Of a DNA stretch of 64,000 nt, positions 26,949-37,058 are shown one piece after another. The notes under the pieces are model-generated. The model ran no database searches and had not been told where the DNA came from. It worked only from the letters and a program-made list of their open reading frames with translations. The stretch's first letter is position 1. Each line of letters opens with the position of its first letter. Position numbers and translations under genes: made by a program. Source of the stretch: an uncultured Candidatus Saccharibacteria bacterium. Lineage in GTDB: Bacteria; Patescibacteriota; Saccharimonadia; CAILAD01; GCA-016700035. The stretch spans positions 2,602-66,601 of the forward strand of contig CAZOVH010000002.1 of assembly GCA_964583675.1 (NCBI GenBank), read 5' to 3'.

Positions 26949-27767
26949 TTTATAATATGTCCTGCCTACTACTCGCACATCAACGTACTCGCGGATCGTC
27001 TTCCCTTCTTTCTTAGCTGTCTCGATTGTTTTCAGATAAGCTTCCATCTGCTCCCCCGCCCCACGCTCTACGGCCATTTTAATAACTACGCCGCCCTGCA
27101 CAGCAACCAAAATTTCTCGAGTAGTATCTCCTATAGAAACCTGCTCGATTGCCACACCTTTTTCCTCAGCAGCTCGATAAATGCCACGAGTAAAGCCAAC
27201 AAAGTTCTGGTCTGCCACTCTATCGCCAACGCCTACATCTAATTGTGCGGTATCAATTACTCGCCCAAAACTCACGTCCCCCTCCTCTGCCTCTCGCAAT
27301 ACTCGCCCATCCTCACCAATCAACCAGGCTTTTGACCCACTTTGCCAGATGAGCGCCGGCTGGCTCTCGGTAATTACCACATTTACGCCAAGAAACAATG
27401 TTCGGTTTATGTTCACTTTTTGTAAAGTGGGGTGTTGTTGCTGAATATAAGTAGCTAGTTCTCGGGGCTGCAAAAATAGCACATTGCGCTGAGTTGGAAA
27501 GCGCTCTAAATAATCCTTAACATCACTCGCCACAGTATCTTGAGTAAGTGAATGCTTGCCCTGCAATGTAATACTCCGCATATTCAACCAGCCAGAAAAG
27601 AATACGACCCAGGCCAACGCCACGGCCAGTAGTGCCAATCCAGCACGTTTCATATACGTGCGCCACTGAAACGGCTGCTTTGGGGCTTCGTCGGCTGCAG
27701 GAGCGCATACTACTTGCCGAGCACCACGATGCACCTGCCTTTCTTTCTGGGTGGTTTCTTCGTTCAC
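26946..27767 (-). CDS. ftsQ: cell division protein FtsQ/DivIB (POTRA domain)
   Basis: Single TM then POTRA-like region; position after murG in dcw cluster. Confidence 0.7.
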   Translation of the reverse strand: MNEETTQKERQVHRGARQVVCAPAADEAPKQPFQWRTYMKRAGLALLAVALAWVVFFSGWLNMRSITLQGKHSLTQDTVASDVKDYLERFPTQRNVLFLQPRELATYIQQQHPTLQKVNINRTLFLGVNVVITESQPALIWQSGSKAWLIGEDGRVLREAEEGDVSFGRVIDTAQLDVGVGDRVADQNFVGFTRGIYRAAEEKGVAIEQVSIGDTTREILVAVQGGVVIKMAVERGAGEQMEAYLKTIETAKKEGKTIREYVDVRVVGRTYYK

Positions 27768-28909
27768 GACGCTTCCCCTAAACTTATTACGAGTTCCGCC
27801 AAACGATCAGCAGCATCGACCTGGGCTAGCCGATGAAGTGCAGCTCCCAAATATCTGCGATCGGAATCTGATTCCGCCAGTCTATCAATAGCTGCGCGCA
27901 ACGCCAGTGGGGTGAGTGTATTTTGCTCTAAAATTCGAGCCGCACCACGTTGTAATAAAAATCTAGCGTTATGTAGTTGATGGTTGTTGGCAGATGTCGG
28001 CAGCGGTATGAGCAATGCTGCTTTTTTTAAGGCAGCTAGCTCGGCCAATACATTTGCCCCGCATCGAGTAATGACGATATCTGCAAGTGCATAGGCATCT
28101 GCCAGTTCAGACTGGAAGAAAGCCTGAGGTACGTAGCAGTCGCGGCGGTCCTTTACCAATCGCTGGCGTCGGAACATCGCTGCATCAATATCTTTTTCTC
28201 CAGTTTGGTGCAATATATTATAGCTTTCCACTAAGCTAGGCAGCGCCTCAAATAGCGCCTCATTGATGGCGTGAGCACCTTGCGAACCACCAATGAACAG
28301 CAGAGTTGGGCGGTCGCCCATAAACCCAAAATGTCGCAGACCGCGCGTTCGGTCTCCACGCAGAAGCTCTTGCCTAATTGGATTGCCAGTGGGCACGAAC
28401 TGAGCTTTGGTTTTAACGTTTTGGAAGTGGTCCACCGGAAAACCAGTGGCTACAATACGCGCACTCGGAGCGAGTAAACGATTGGTGAGCCCCATCATCG
28501 TATCCGATTCGTGGATGATCAGGGGTAGCTTAAGCCTGCGTGCGGCCATACCTACTGGTAGCCCAACATATCCGCCTTTCACAAATACCACATCCGGCTG
28601 CAGTTCCCGAAGTATTTTGCGAGCATCAGATAACCCGCGAGAAAAACGCCAGGCATCCCGAGTATTAGCCGTAATGGTCCGAATATCAAAAAACTCACCA
28701 GCACCACGGCCATAGCGACGTAGTTTACCGCTACGCACGGCGTGATAGCGCAAACCATTCTCTTCTACGAGCCTTCGCTCCATCTCCGAGCCAGAGCCAA
28801 TAAAATCTATGGTTACGGCCTTCTCAGAATGACTTCTGAGTGCCGCGCACAGGGCCAAAACCGGTGTGACGTGACCGGCGGTCCCGCCGCCCGATACGAC
28901 TATCCGCAT
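27764..28909 (-). CDS. murG: undecaprenyldiphospho-muramoylpentapeptide beta-N-acetylglucosaminyltransferase
   Basis: N-terminal GGGTAGHV signature; start chosen at MRIVVSGGG (overlaps ftsW 3' end by ~85 nt; longer ORF to 28993 exists). Confidence 0.85.
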   Translation of the reverse strand: MRIVVSGGGTAGHVTPVLALCAALRSHSEKAVTIDFIGSGSEMERRLVEENGLRYHAVRSGKLRRYGRGAGEFFDIRTITANTRDAWRFSRGLSDARKILRELQPDVVFVKGGYVGLPVGMAARRLKLPLIIHESDTMMGLTNRLLAPSARIVATGFPVDHFQNVKTKAQFVPTGNPIRQELLRGDRTRGLRHFGFMGDRPTLLFIGGSQGAHAINEALFEALPSLVESYNILHQTGEKDIDAAMFRRQRLVKDRRDCYVPQAFFQSELADAYALADIVITRCGANVLAELAALKKAALLIPLPTSANNHQLHNARFLLQRGAARILEQNTLTPLALRAAIDRLAESDSDRRYLGAALHRLAQVDAADRLAELVISLGEAS

Positions 28910-30068
28910 AGGACTGCTCCCTTTCTGTATAGCGTGAAATATTCTGCAAAATCCCGACTCCAACCATGGTAGCCAGGAGACTTGTGCCTCCATAGCTAAT
29001 AAACGGGAGCGGGATACCGGTAAGTGGAATAATGCTGAGCATAGCTGAGATATTTACAAAAGCCTGCGTGAGAAGCCATACCGTTATGCCAACCGCGACC
29101 ATACGGCTGAATCGATCGGGGGCCATTTTTGCGATCCTAAAACCACGCCAACCCAACAAGCCGAAAATCACCACGACTCCCGTGGTACCCCACATACCAA
29201 ACTGCTCGCCAATAATGGCATACACCGAGTCGTTAGTAGCCTCCGGTAAATACCCGTACGACTGCAAGCTATTACCCAGCCCACGACCAATTAAGCCGCC
29301 ACTACCGAGAGCAATCAGAGCCTGATTGATGTGATAATCAGCGCCCGTAACATCGTCTTTGTGATTTAAAAAAGTCGCCAAGCGCGCCAAGCGATACGGG
29401 AACATCACAATAGTTAAGACAGCGGCGCTCAACACTGCCCCTACCCCAGCTCCAAAGATCCACAAGGGTGCATCAGAAACCAACAAAACCGAAAGCGCGA
29501 TACTCATAAGTACAATACCGGTACCGAGGTCTCGCTGGAGAACAACCACCAGAATCATGGTGACAGCCAAAACAGCTAGAAATGGTAACAGGCCTTTAGC
29601 TACGGACCGCAGACTATCTCGCCGATCTTCTAGCCAGGCTGCGAGATAGAGTACGAGTGAGAGCTTAAGAAACTCAGCTGGTTGAAAACTAAATGAGCCC
29701 AGCTTAATCCAGCGACTGGCACCATTCACGTTAAGCGATAAGCCCGGCACGAATACTAAAAGCATCATCACAAACGAGACAATCAGCATTGGTAGCGCCC
29801 ATTTGCGCCAGTGGCTATAATGCACGCGCGAAGCAATCACCCAGCCAACCACGCCAATGCCGACACTTATTAACTGTTTTTGAAAGAAAGAGTTACGATC
29901 ACTCGCTCCGCCGGTGATGTTAAAGTTTACAATTGAGCCCGTGGAGTAGATTACGATCATCCCGATGCCGATAAGCGCCAACACCAGCAATCCCAAAAGA
30001 TAGTCTGGCCGGTGATGCGGCCGCTCGCGTACTTCTTCAATAAGTCTTGCGACTTTAACCACGCGCAA
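28824..30068 (-). CDS. ftsW: SEDS family peptidoglycan glycosyltransferase FtsW
   Basis: 10-TM FtsW/RodA/SpoVE protein; dcw context. Confidence 0.85.
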   Translation of the reverse strand: MRVVKVARLIEEVRERPHHRPDYLLGLLVLALIGIGMIVIYSTGSIVNFNITGGASDRNSFFQKQLISVGIGVVGWVIASRVHYSHWRKWALPMLIVSFVMMLLVFVPGLSLNVNGASRWIKLGSFSFQPAEFLKLSLVLYLAAWLEDRRDSLRSVAKGLLPFLAVLAVTMILVVVLQRDLGTGIVLMSIALSVLLVSDAPLWIFGAGVGAVLSAAVLTIVMFPYRLARLATFLNHKDDVTGADYHINQALIALGSGGLIGRGLGNSLQSYGYLPEATNDSVYAIIGEQFGMWGTTGVVVIFGLLGWRGFRIAKMAPDRFSRMVAVGITVWLLTQAFVNISAMLSIIPLTGIPLPFISYGGTSLLATMVGVGILQNISRYTEREQSYADSRIGRRDRRSRHTGFGPVRGTQKSF

Positions 30069-31095
30069 TCAGCCCGATAAGCAACCCCAAACAGCCCATA
30101 ATGGCGCCAATCACCCATAAGCGCATAGTTACCTTAGTTTCCGGCCAGCCAATGGCTTCTAGGTGATGATGGAGTGGTGCCGAACGGAATATTTTCCTAC
30201 CCAAAACCTTCTTAGAAAAAATCTGAATGGCACTCGAACCAGCCTCGAGCACAAATATCATCCCAATGATTGGCAATACAAACACCGAATCGGTTAGCAT
30301 CGCAATCACACCAAGCATCGCCCCGAGTGCCGTTGATCCGACCTGCCCCATAAAGAAGCGGGCAGGATAAATATTAAACCAAGTATAGGCCAAGACAGCG
30401 CCGACTACAGTCGCACAGAAGGCCGCCAGAGCGTAAAGCCCTGAGAAAAATGCAATGATAGCATACGAGCCGTAAGCGATTGAAAGAAGGCCGCCAGCTA
30501 GACCATCTAAGCCATCTGTAATTGAGACCGATTTTGCGGTTGAAAAGACAACTACCACAAATAACGGAACATACAGCCAGCCAATTGAAAAATCACCAAC
30601 GGCTGGAACATGCAAAATATCATAGCCTAACTTCACATAAAACCACCAGGCACACATCAGCGACAAAATAATCAGAGCCAAAGCCTGAGTCCGCGCCTTT
30701 AATCCGCCACTTCTGTTGGCAAAGCCAAGGATGTTCGAGAGGTCATCGACTAGCCCGAGCGCACCAAATAATGCCAATGAGGCGAGCGGCAACCAAGTCT
30801 CTGCACGATTCATATTCGCTGCGAGTGTAATAATAGCGACTGCGATGAGCACAATCGAGCCAGCCATAGTTGGGATATTACGCTTATGTTTTTCGGCATG
30901 GAGCTTAGCGAAAACTTTGGCTTTTTCCCCGGTCACTGTTTCGGTTCGCTGCTTTCGCCACCATTTATAACGAAATGCCAGGGTTGTAAAAATTGGTGTT
31001 GCTACCATAGCCAGTACAAAGCCGGCAAACGCGAAGCCGAGCACCGGTAAAAGAAGATTGGTCATTGAATCAAACTGCATAAGGTTACCTTTCAA
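30055..31095 (-). CDS. mraY: phospho-N-acetylmuramoyl-pentapeptide-transferase
   Basis: Multi-TM; DDLSNILGF and GLDGLAGG motifs; alternative starts at 31080/31065. Confidence 0.85.
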   Translation of the reverse strand: MKGNLMQFDSMTNLLLPVLGFAFAGFVLAMVATPIFTTLAFRYKWWRKQRTETVTGEKAKVFAKLHAEKHKRNIPTMAGSIVLIAVAIITLAANMNRAETWLPLASLALFGALGLVDDLSNILGFANRSGGLKARTQALALIILSLMCAWWFYVKLGYDILHVPAVGDFSIGWLYVPLFVVVVFSTAKSVSITDGLDGLAGGLLSIAYGSYAIIAFFSGLYALAAFCATVVGAVLAYTWFNIYPARFFMGQVGSTALGAMLGVIAMLTDSVFVLPIIGMIFVLEAGSSAIQIFSKKVLGRKIFRSAPLHHHLEAIGWPETKVTMRLWVIGAIMGCLGLLIGLIARG

Positions 31096-31110
31096 GCGTC
31101 CATTATATCA

Positions 31111-32841
31111 CTAGCTCCCCGCCGGAGGCACCTGATAATAACTAAACAGCTGCTTTGCAATCTCAGCAAACGCCGGCACAGCACTACGTTCGGCGTACGT
31201 ATTGGTCTGCGGATAATCAACCCTCACCAGCATAATAAACTTGGGATCCCCTACAGGTGCAAAGCCGATAAACGTACCAATATTCTTGTTTTCTTCATAC
31301 CCTTGACCGTTTGCTTTCGGCACCTGGGCCGTTCCTGTTTTTCCGGCAATCTTATAGCCTGGCATGCGCGTTAAATAGCCCGAACCACCTTCCACTACAC
31401 CGATCATCATATTGGCCACCGTATCGGCGGTCTCTTCGCTCATAATTCTCTCGGTAGAAGGGCCCTTCCTCACCGCCTCGAGCTCACCATTTGGCAAAAC
31501 TTTTTTTGCCAGGACGTGAGGCTCAACTTTTGTACCACCATTCGCTATTGAGGCCACCGCAGTAATCATCTGTAAGCTGGTTGTAGCGATACCTTGGCCA
31601 AACGTCATGTTGGCGTAATCAATGTCTGCAGCCTTGGTATCTTTTACTTTGCCTGCCGCTTCACCCGCGAGTTCCACGCCAGTTTTTTGTCCAAAACCAA
31701 ATTTCTGGATACCGGCGTAAAGCATCTCTTTGCCGGCCTTTGTAATTTCGTTTGGATTCCCACCCATTAGTTTCAATATGTACACCATGCCAGTATTAAT
31801 GGAGTTTTTTATGACCAACGACATATCAACCTGCCCAAACTTTTTCTTGTCGGCATTATGAATAGTGTATTCACCAATCACCACTTCGCCCGTATCGTTA
31901 AAGCCGGTATTTGCCTCAACCTTGTCATTTTCTATACCAATCGACATGGTGAGCGGCTTGAAACCTGAACCTGGTTCAAATTGACTCGAAACCGCGCTAT
32001 TAATAAAGCTTGCATAATTCTCCGGCTTCACCTGAGCATAGTTATTCGGATCATAGTCTGGTGTGTTCACTAATGCCTTAATCGCACCAGTGTAAGGGTC
32101 CATTACAATCACACTACCACTGGCCGCCTTATTGTCGTCTACAGCTTTCTTGAGCGCTTTTTCGGCGATACCCTGAATGTAGCGGTCTACAGTTAGTACG
32201 TACGAGGTGCCGTTGCGCGGCTCCTCGATAATATTATCTTGTGTCGAGAGCGGCACGCCCTGACTATCTGTAATCGCCTTAAGCTGCCCGTTGCGGCCGG
32301 AAAGATCTGCATTAAGGTATTCCTCAAGGCCGTATTGCCCCCTACCATCACTGTTTACGTACCCAGTCAGGTGACCAAACAATGCCCCCTCTGGATAGGC
32401 CCGGTAATCACGATCACTCAACACTACTCCCCTAATTTTCGCTTCGATGATTCTTTTTGCGAGGTCTTTATCTATTTGCTGCTTGAGTTCAACATAGCGA
32501 TTCTTGCCAGTATACGTAAGTTTTTTTTCAAGATCAGTTTGATTTGCCCCCAAAAGAGGTGCCAGCTTTTCAGCGGCCTCCTTCGGATTCTCAATAAGCT
32601 GGGGATCTGCGTACATGTACTTTAGGGAGTTGTTTAACGCTACCGGATATAGTTCACCATTCTCTTCAACATACAGCTCACCCCGACTAGCTGGTATTTC
32701 AAATTGTCGAGATTGCTGAGCCGAGGCTTTTTCGGCATAAAAATTGTGCTTAAAAATCTGTACCGTCACCAAACGGCCAAAGATGATAATTGCTGGCAAC
32801 AAAAATACTCCGGCTAAGACATAGAGCCGGATATTGCTCAT
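31111..32841 (-). CDS. ftsI: penicillin-binding protein 2/3 (FtsI-type transpeptidase)
   Basis: N-terminal TM, dimerisation domain, SxxK (SGFK), SxN (SINTG), KTG (KTGTA). Confidence 0.85.
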   Translation of the reverse strand: MSNIRLYVLAGVFLLPAIIIFGRLVTVQIFKHNFYAEKASAQQSRQFEIPASRGELYVEENGELYPVALNNSLKYMYADPQLIENPKEAAEKLAPLLGANQTDLEKKLTYTGKNRYVELKQQIDKDLAKRIIEAKIRGVVLSDRDYRAYPEGALFGHLTGYVNSDGRGQYGLEEYLNADLSGRNGQLKAITDSQGVPLSTQDNIIEEPRNGTSYVLTVDRYIQGIAEKALKKAVDDNKAASGSVIVMDPYTGAIKALVNTPDYDPNNYAQVKPENYASFINSAVSSQFEPGSGFKPLTMSIGIENDKVEANTGFNDTGEVVIGEYTIHNADKKKFGQVDMSLVIKNSINTGMVYILKLMGGNPNEITKAGKEMLYAGIQKFGFGQKTGVELAGEAAGKVKDTKAADIDYANMTFGQGIATTSLQMITAVASIANGGTKVEPHVLAKKVLPNGELEAVRKGPSTERIMSEETADTVANMMIGVVEGGSGYLTRMPGYKIAGKTGTAQVPKANGQGYEENKNIGTFIGFAPVGDPKFIMLVRVDYPQTNTYAERSAVPAFAEIAKQLFSYYQVPPAGS

Positions 32842-32915
32842 TCCATAAACGACAGTACGTTGTCGTGTGCTGCGCAGTACACCCTCCTAAGAAATACTTC
32901 TAAAAGTTAAAAATG

Positions 32916-33239
32916 CTAACGCTGTGCGTAACTTACATTTTGCACTGGTGTCATGGCTTGTGCAACCTGTGAGTTACGTGCCTCAGCAATAGACTGTAAA
33001 CGAGCGGCATCAATACGGAGCTGCTCCTTCTCTGCCTGAAGAGAATTTCGCTTCGCTTCCAGGGTAGAAAGACGATAATTAAGAGTCGAAGATTTAGATA
33101 CTTGATTGAGATACAAAAGTGAGAGCAGCACCACAAGTGCAATCAACATAAATGAAACAGATATCGGTCCAGCCTGCACACGAGCTTCAACGCGAGTAAG
33201 ATTTTGATTGCGCACTAATCGAGAAGTACTTGGGTACAT
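32916..33239 (-). CDS. ftsL: cell division protein FtsL-like (single TM + coiled coil)
   Basis: TM ISVSFMLIALVVLLSLLYL then heptad-rich segment; position between rsmH and ftsI. Confidence 0.6.
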   Translation of the reverse strand: MYPSTSRLVRNQNLTRVEARVQAGPISVSFMLIALVVLLSLLYLNQVSKSSTLNYRLSTLEAKRNSLQAEKEQLRIDAARLQSIAEARNSQVAQAMTPVQNVSYAQR

Positions 33240-33409
33240 GTAGTCTCCTTTTTGTATTTTTGGTGTGTTTTTGTGTTTGTTTTTTAGAATACAGTGAATC
33301 AGGGCTGTTACACCCTGATTGCAATTATTTGATTACGCGAACCTTGAGTCGGGTAGCGCGTGGGCTCATATTTCGTACTGATACGGTCATAAGACCTCCT
33401 TTTTTTGTG

Positions 33410-34318
33410 TTATTTTTTCTTTTCGACGGCTCGGAGCTTTGCACTCCGGGCGCGTGGATTGTAATCAATCTCATTGGGTGCCGCAGTGAGCGGCTTTTTG
33501 GTAACCAAGCTAAACTGTGATTCCTGTAATGCTTGTCCTGTAATAGTATCGCATATATCACGCGTAATGTCACGCATTTTTCGCTTAATTATGCGATCTT
33601 CTAGCGAGTGAAAGCTAACTACTGCCAATCTCCCGCCCGGGGCTAAGGCCTCCAATGCAGCATCGAGCATCGCATCGATTACTTCTAGTTCGCGATTGAC
33701 GGAAATTCGCAGGGCTTGGAAGGTGCGGGTAGCAGGATCAATCCGATGGTAACCCTTGGGATACTGAGCTCTTACAATGTCAGCTAACTGCAGTGTTGTT
33801 TGGATTGATTGAGTCGCCCGCGTCTGAACAATTGCCCGTGCAATGTGGCGAGAGCGCTTCTCTTCTCCATAACGCCAGAGCAGATCGGCGATATCTCGCT
33901 CATCTAGCTCAGCAAGTAATTCTGCAGCTGTCTGCCCTTTGGTTTGATCCATGCGCATATCCAGCGGAGCATCTTGTTGAAACGAGAAACCCCGTTCGCT
34001 GTCATCTAGTTGCGCACTACTCACACCAAGATCGGCCAAAACCATATTTGGACTCGGAATACTCTTCCAGTCAATGTCCGCAAAGTTTGAGCGGTATACA
34101 TGGACACGAGCATCACCTTTGAAGCTATTATGGAGTGCTTGGAGAGCTACTTGATCTTGGTCCACAAGATAGGCCTGCCCTTTCGGGCCAAGCTTATCAA
34201 GCACCAAACTAGCGTGCCCACCGAATCCCGCCGTTAAATCAACGTAGGTATCGCTTTCAGTCGGTTTCAGTACTTCCAAGACTTCTTGCTGCAATACAGG
34301 AATGTGTCGCTGTGTCAT
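33410..34318 (-). CDS. rsmH: 16S rRNA (cytosine1402-N4)-methyltransferase
   Basis: HIPVLQQEVLE...YVDLTAGFGGHA SAM-binding signature. Confidence 0.9.
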   Translation of the reverse strand: MTQRHIPVLQQEVLEVLKPTESDTYVDLTAGFGGHASLVLDKLGPKGQAYLVDQDQVALQALHNSFKGDARVHVYRSNFADIDWKSIPSPNMVLADLGVSSAQLDDSERGFSFQQDAPLDMRMDQTKGQTAAELLAELDERDIADLLWRYGEEKRSRHIARAIVQTRATQSIQTTLQLADIVRAQYPKGYHRIDPATRTFQALRISVNRELEVIDAMLDAALEALAPGGRLAVVSFHSLEDRIIKRKMRDITRDICDTITGQALQESQFSLVTKKPLTAAPNEIDYNPRARSAKLRAVEKKK

Positions 34319-34633
34319 GATGTCAAGGTTACCTATTTAGCAGCCAACTGTCTATATGTGTTTTTATTTTTGAAAGTTGTGAGGTGTGTTCCACTAATTT
34401 AGTGGATGTGGCAAGGACCAGTCATGTGATTAGTCCTTGTTTTGAACTGTATGTTCAAAGAGTTGAAAGTTTGTGAGGTGGAGTTTTTGAAAAACAAGAA
34501 TGTACATGTCTCTATTTGGATACGCCGAGACGACTGAAAGCGCCGTTGACTGCCAAATAGCTAACCTGATTTTTATTTTTATGTCTATTTCAAAGTTCTG
34601 ATTTGAATTGTCTCAAATCCCCTCATCTAGATG

Positions 34634-35008
34634 CTACTTAGCCGTAATGCGAAAGTAGCGACCAGCGCGGACAGCGACAATATCGCGACCTATGCCGGCA
34701 TAAGCCAGATGATGGGGTTCGAGAGTAATGCGGCCTTGCTTAGAATCAAGCTTGGCTTCTACTCGACCAGTACGGAATTTTACATTGAGATCGGCAATTC
34801 TCTCATCGAGAATGTCACCGCGCAATGCTTGCTCCATTTCCTGATCCCAAATCTTTTTTGGATACACGTGAAGGTACTGACCAAAGCCCCGGGTTATTAC
34901 CACTTCCCCGCCAAACTCTTCGTGTAAAGCTGTCGGGATTGTGAGTCGGTTCTTGGTGTCAAGGCGTCGTTCGAAGTAATCCATGGGTCCCATTGTGCTC
35001 CTCGTCAT
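34634..35008 (-). CDS. mraZ: transcriptional regulator MraZ
   Basis: Two DxxxR-like modules (LDTKNRLTIP, LDSKQGRITL); start ambiguous (ATGs at 35008, 34993, 34984). Confidence 0.8.
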   Translation of the reverse strand: MTRSTMGPMDYFERRLDTKNRLTIPTALHEEFGGEVVITRGFGQYLHVYPKKIWDQEMEQALRGDILDERIADLNVKFRTGRVEAKLDSKQGRITLEPHHLAYAGIGRDIVAVRAGRYFRITAK

Positions 35009-35035
35009 TTGCGTTGTGTGAAGCAGTATCACACT

Positions 35036-35078
35036 TACCCACTACCATAACTATATTACCCACAAATACCCACGTCAA
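35036..35078 (-). promoter_or_regulatory. mraZ promoter (TTGACG -17- TATAGT) overlapped by three direct GTGGGTA MraZ-box repeats
   Basis: Minus strand reads TTGACGTGGGTATTTGTGGGTAATATAGTT...GTAGTGGGTAAG; repeat spacing 10 and 21 nt. Confidence 0.6.
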
Positions 35079-35140
35079 CACATTTACATAAGTTTTTTGG
35101 TGTTATCCACAAGAATATGTAATACTAGAGCGTAACAACC

Positions 35141-35656
35141 ATGCCTCGACACAAAAAACACCGTGCAAAACAGAAAATTAGATCAAATTACATACGATCA
35201 AGTTTTTTTGGTATCGAAGACAGCCTGGTCTCCACCACAGGCCTCATTGCCGGGATCTCAGTAGGTACCCAGGAAGTTCGGTTCATCTTGCTAGCTGGAT
35301 TCGTGGCTGTGGCAGTTGAGGCAATCTCGATGGCCGCCGGAGAATTTTTATCTGAAGAGACTGAGCAAGATTTAAACAGATCAAAACAACACTCCAACCC
35401 GATAATTGGTGGTGCGATTATGTTTGTGTCCTATTTTGCAGCCGGCATGATCCCAATATTACCGATTCTATTCTTCCCCATAAATTACGCTATATACGTT
35501 TCGATGGCAGCAGCGCTCGTGGGCCTTTTCCTATTAGGCCTCATGAAAGGTGCTCTAACAAAACGCAATATACTTAAAAGCGGTATACAAGTACTGGTAG
35601 TTGGTGGAACTGCCGCGCTCATTGGGGCAGCGGTTGGTATCTTCTTTAAAGTTTAG
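35141..35656 (+). CDS. VIT1/CCC1 family (iron/manganese transporter-like) membrane protein
   Basis: FFGIEDSLVSTTGLIAGISVG and SMAAGEFLSEETE motifs typical of VIT family; short version. Confidence 0.55.
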   Translation: MPRHKKHRAKQKIRSNYIRSSFFGIEDSLVSTTGLIAGISVGTQEVRFILLAGFVAVAVEAISMAAGEFLSEETEQDLNRSKQHSNPIIGGAIMFVSYFAAGMIPILPILFFPINYAIYVSMAAALVGLFLLGLMKGALTKRNILKSGIQVLVVGGTAALIGAAVGIFFKV

Positions 35657-37027
35657 CTAGTTTTCGCGGTAAAATTTTTCAATATAGCTAGTGAGCTCAC
35701 TGATTGAGACACGCTCTTGGCTCATACTGTCGCGCTCACGAACCGTTACAGCCTTATCTTCAAGAGATTCAAAATCTACCGTCACACACAGTGGCGTGCC
35801 AATTTCATCCTGCCGACGATAGCGGCGACCGATCGACTGAGTATCGTCATATTCACAGCGCCAACTATCGGCAAGCTGACTAAATACTTCTTGTGCCAAG
35901 CCTGATAGTTCTGGCTTTTTCGAGAGTGGTAAGACCGCCACCTTAATTGGCGCGATGCTTGGCTTAAGACGCAACACCACGCGCGTATCACCATTCACCT
36001 CTTCTTCGCTATAGGCATCTGTGAGTGCAGCAATAAATAAGCGTCCGACGCCCATTGATGACTCAATTACGTTAGGCACGTAGCGCTCACCAGTCTCCTG
36101 GTTAAAGAACGTCAGATCTTTACCACTCGCTGCCATGTGCGCCTTCAGGTCGTGGTCGGTGCGATCATGTATACCTGCCAGCTCCTTAGAACCATGTGGA
36201 AATGCAAAGTACACATCGTGAGCTGCAGCCGCGTAATGAGCGCGCTCATCCTCATCGTGCTCATGCCAATCCAGACTCGATTCCTGCAAACCAACATCTT
36301 CGAGCAAAAAATTGCGTGTGGTAGTGCGCCAGTTCTCATATTCTTCCTTGCGTGTATCTGGCGCAATAAAATACTGCATCTCCATCTGCTCCAATTCGCG
36401 CACTCGAAAAATAAAGTCACGCGGGGTGATTTCATTGCGAAACGCCTTTCCTATTTGCGCAATACCAAAAGGAATCTTTGCACGTGTAGTCTCACGTACA
36501 GTTTCATAATTTACATAGATTCCACCAGCAGTTTCTGGTCTGAGATAAGCTCTAGTAGAGTCATCCACCACTGCTCCTAAATGGGTTGTGAGCATCATAT
36601 TAAATTGTCGGGGTGGTGTAAAAGAGTCCTTTTTGCCGCAATTCGGACATGCCTTTCCCTCTAGTAACTTGGCGAGTTCATCCAGGTTGGTCGAATCAAC
36701 TCCAGCGACGTGATCTGCACGGAAACGATGTTTACAGGCCCTGCAATCAATCATTGGGTCTACAAACCCTGCCACATGACCGCTCGCCTCCCACAGCTTA
36801 GGATGCTGGATAATCGCACTGTCGAGCCCATGAATATTGGCGTGGCGATTCACAAACGCCTTCCACCAAGCACCCTTTAAATTGTTAACCAGCTCCACGC
36901 CGTACGGTCCATAATCCCAAAAACCAGCTAGGCCTCCATAAATCTCACTTGCCTGAAAAACGAAGCCCCGTCGCTTCGCAAAACTGGTGATTTCTTCTAA
37001 TGTGAGTCGCTGGTTTTTTTCTGCCAT
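35657..37027 (-). CDS. glyQS: glycine--tRNA ligase (dimeric alpha2 type)
   Basis: Class II motifs; N-terminal RRGFVFQASEIYGGLAGFWDYGPYG signature. Confidence 0.9.
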   Translation of the reverse strand: MAEKNQRLTLEEITSFAKRRGFVFQASEIYGGLAGFWDYGPYGVELVNNLKGAWWKAFVNRHANIHGLDSAIIQHPKLWEASGHVAGFVDPMIDCRACKHRFRADHVAGVDSTNLDELAKLLEGKACPNCGKKDSFTPPRQFNMMLTTHLGAVVDDSTRAYLRPETAGGIYVNYETVRETTRAKIPFGIAQIGKAFRNEITPRDFIFRVRELEQMEMQYFIAPDTRKEEYENWRTTTRNFLLEDVGLQESSLDWHEHDEDERAHYAAAAHDVYFAFPHGSKELAGIHDRTDHDLKAHMAASGKDLTFFNQETGERYVPNVIESSMGVGRLFIAALTDAYSEEEVNGDTRVVLRLKPSIAPIKVAVLPLSKKPELSGLAQEVFSQLADSWRCEYDDTQSIGRRYRRQDEIGTPLCVTVDFESLEDKAVTVRERDSMSQERVSISELTSYIEKFYREN

Positions 37028-37058
37028 AATGCGACTTATTATATCAGATTTTCCAGAT

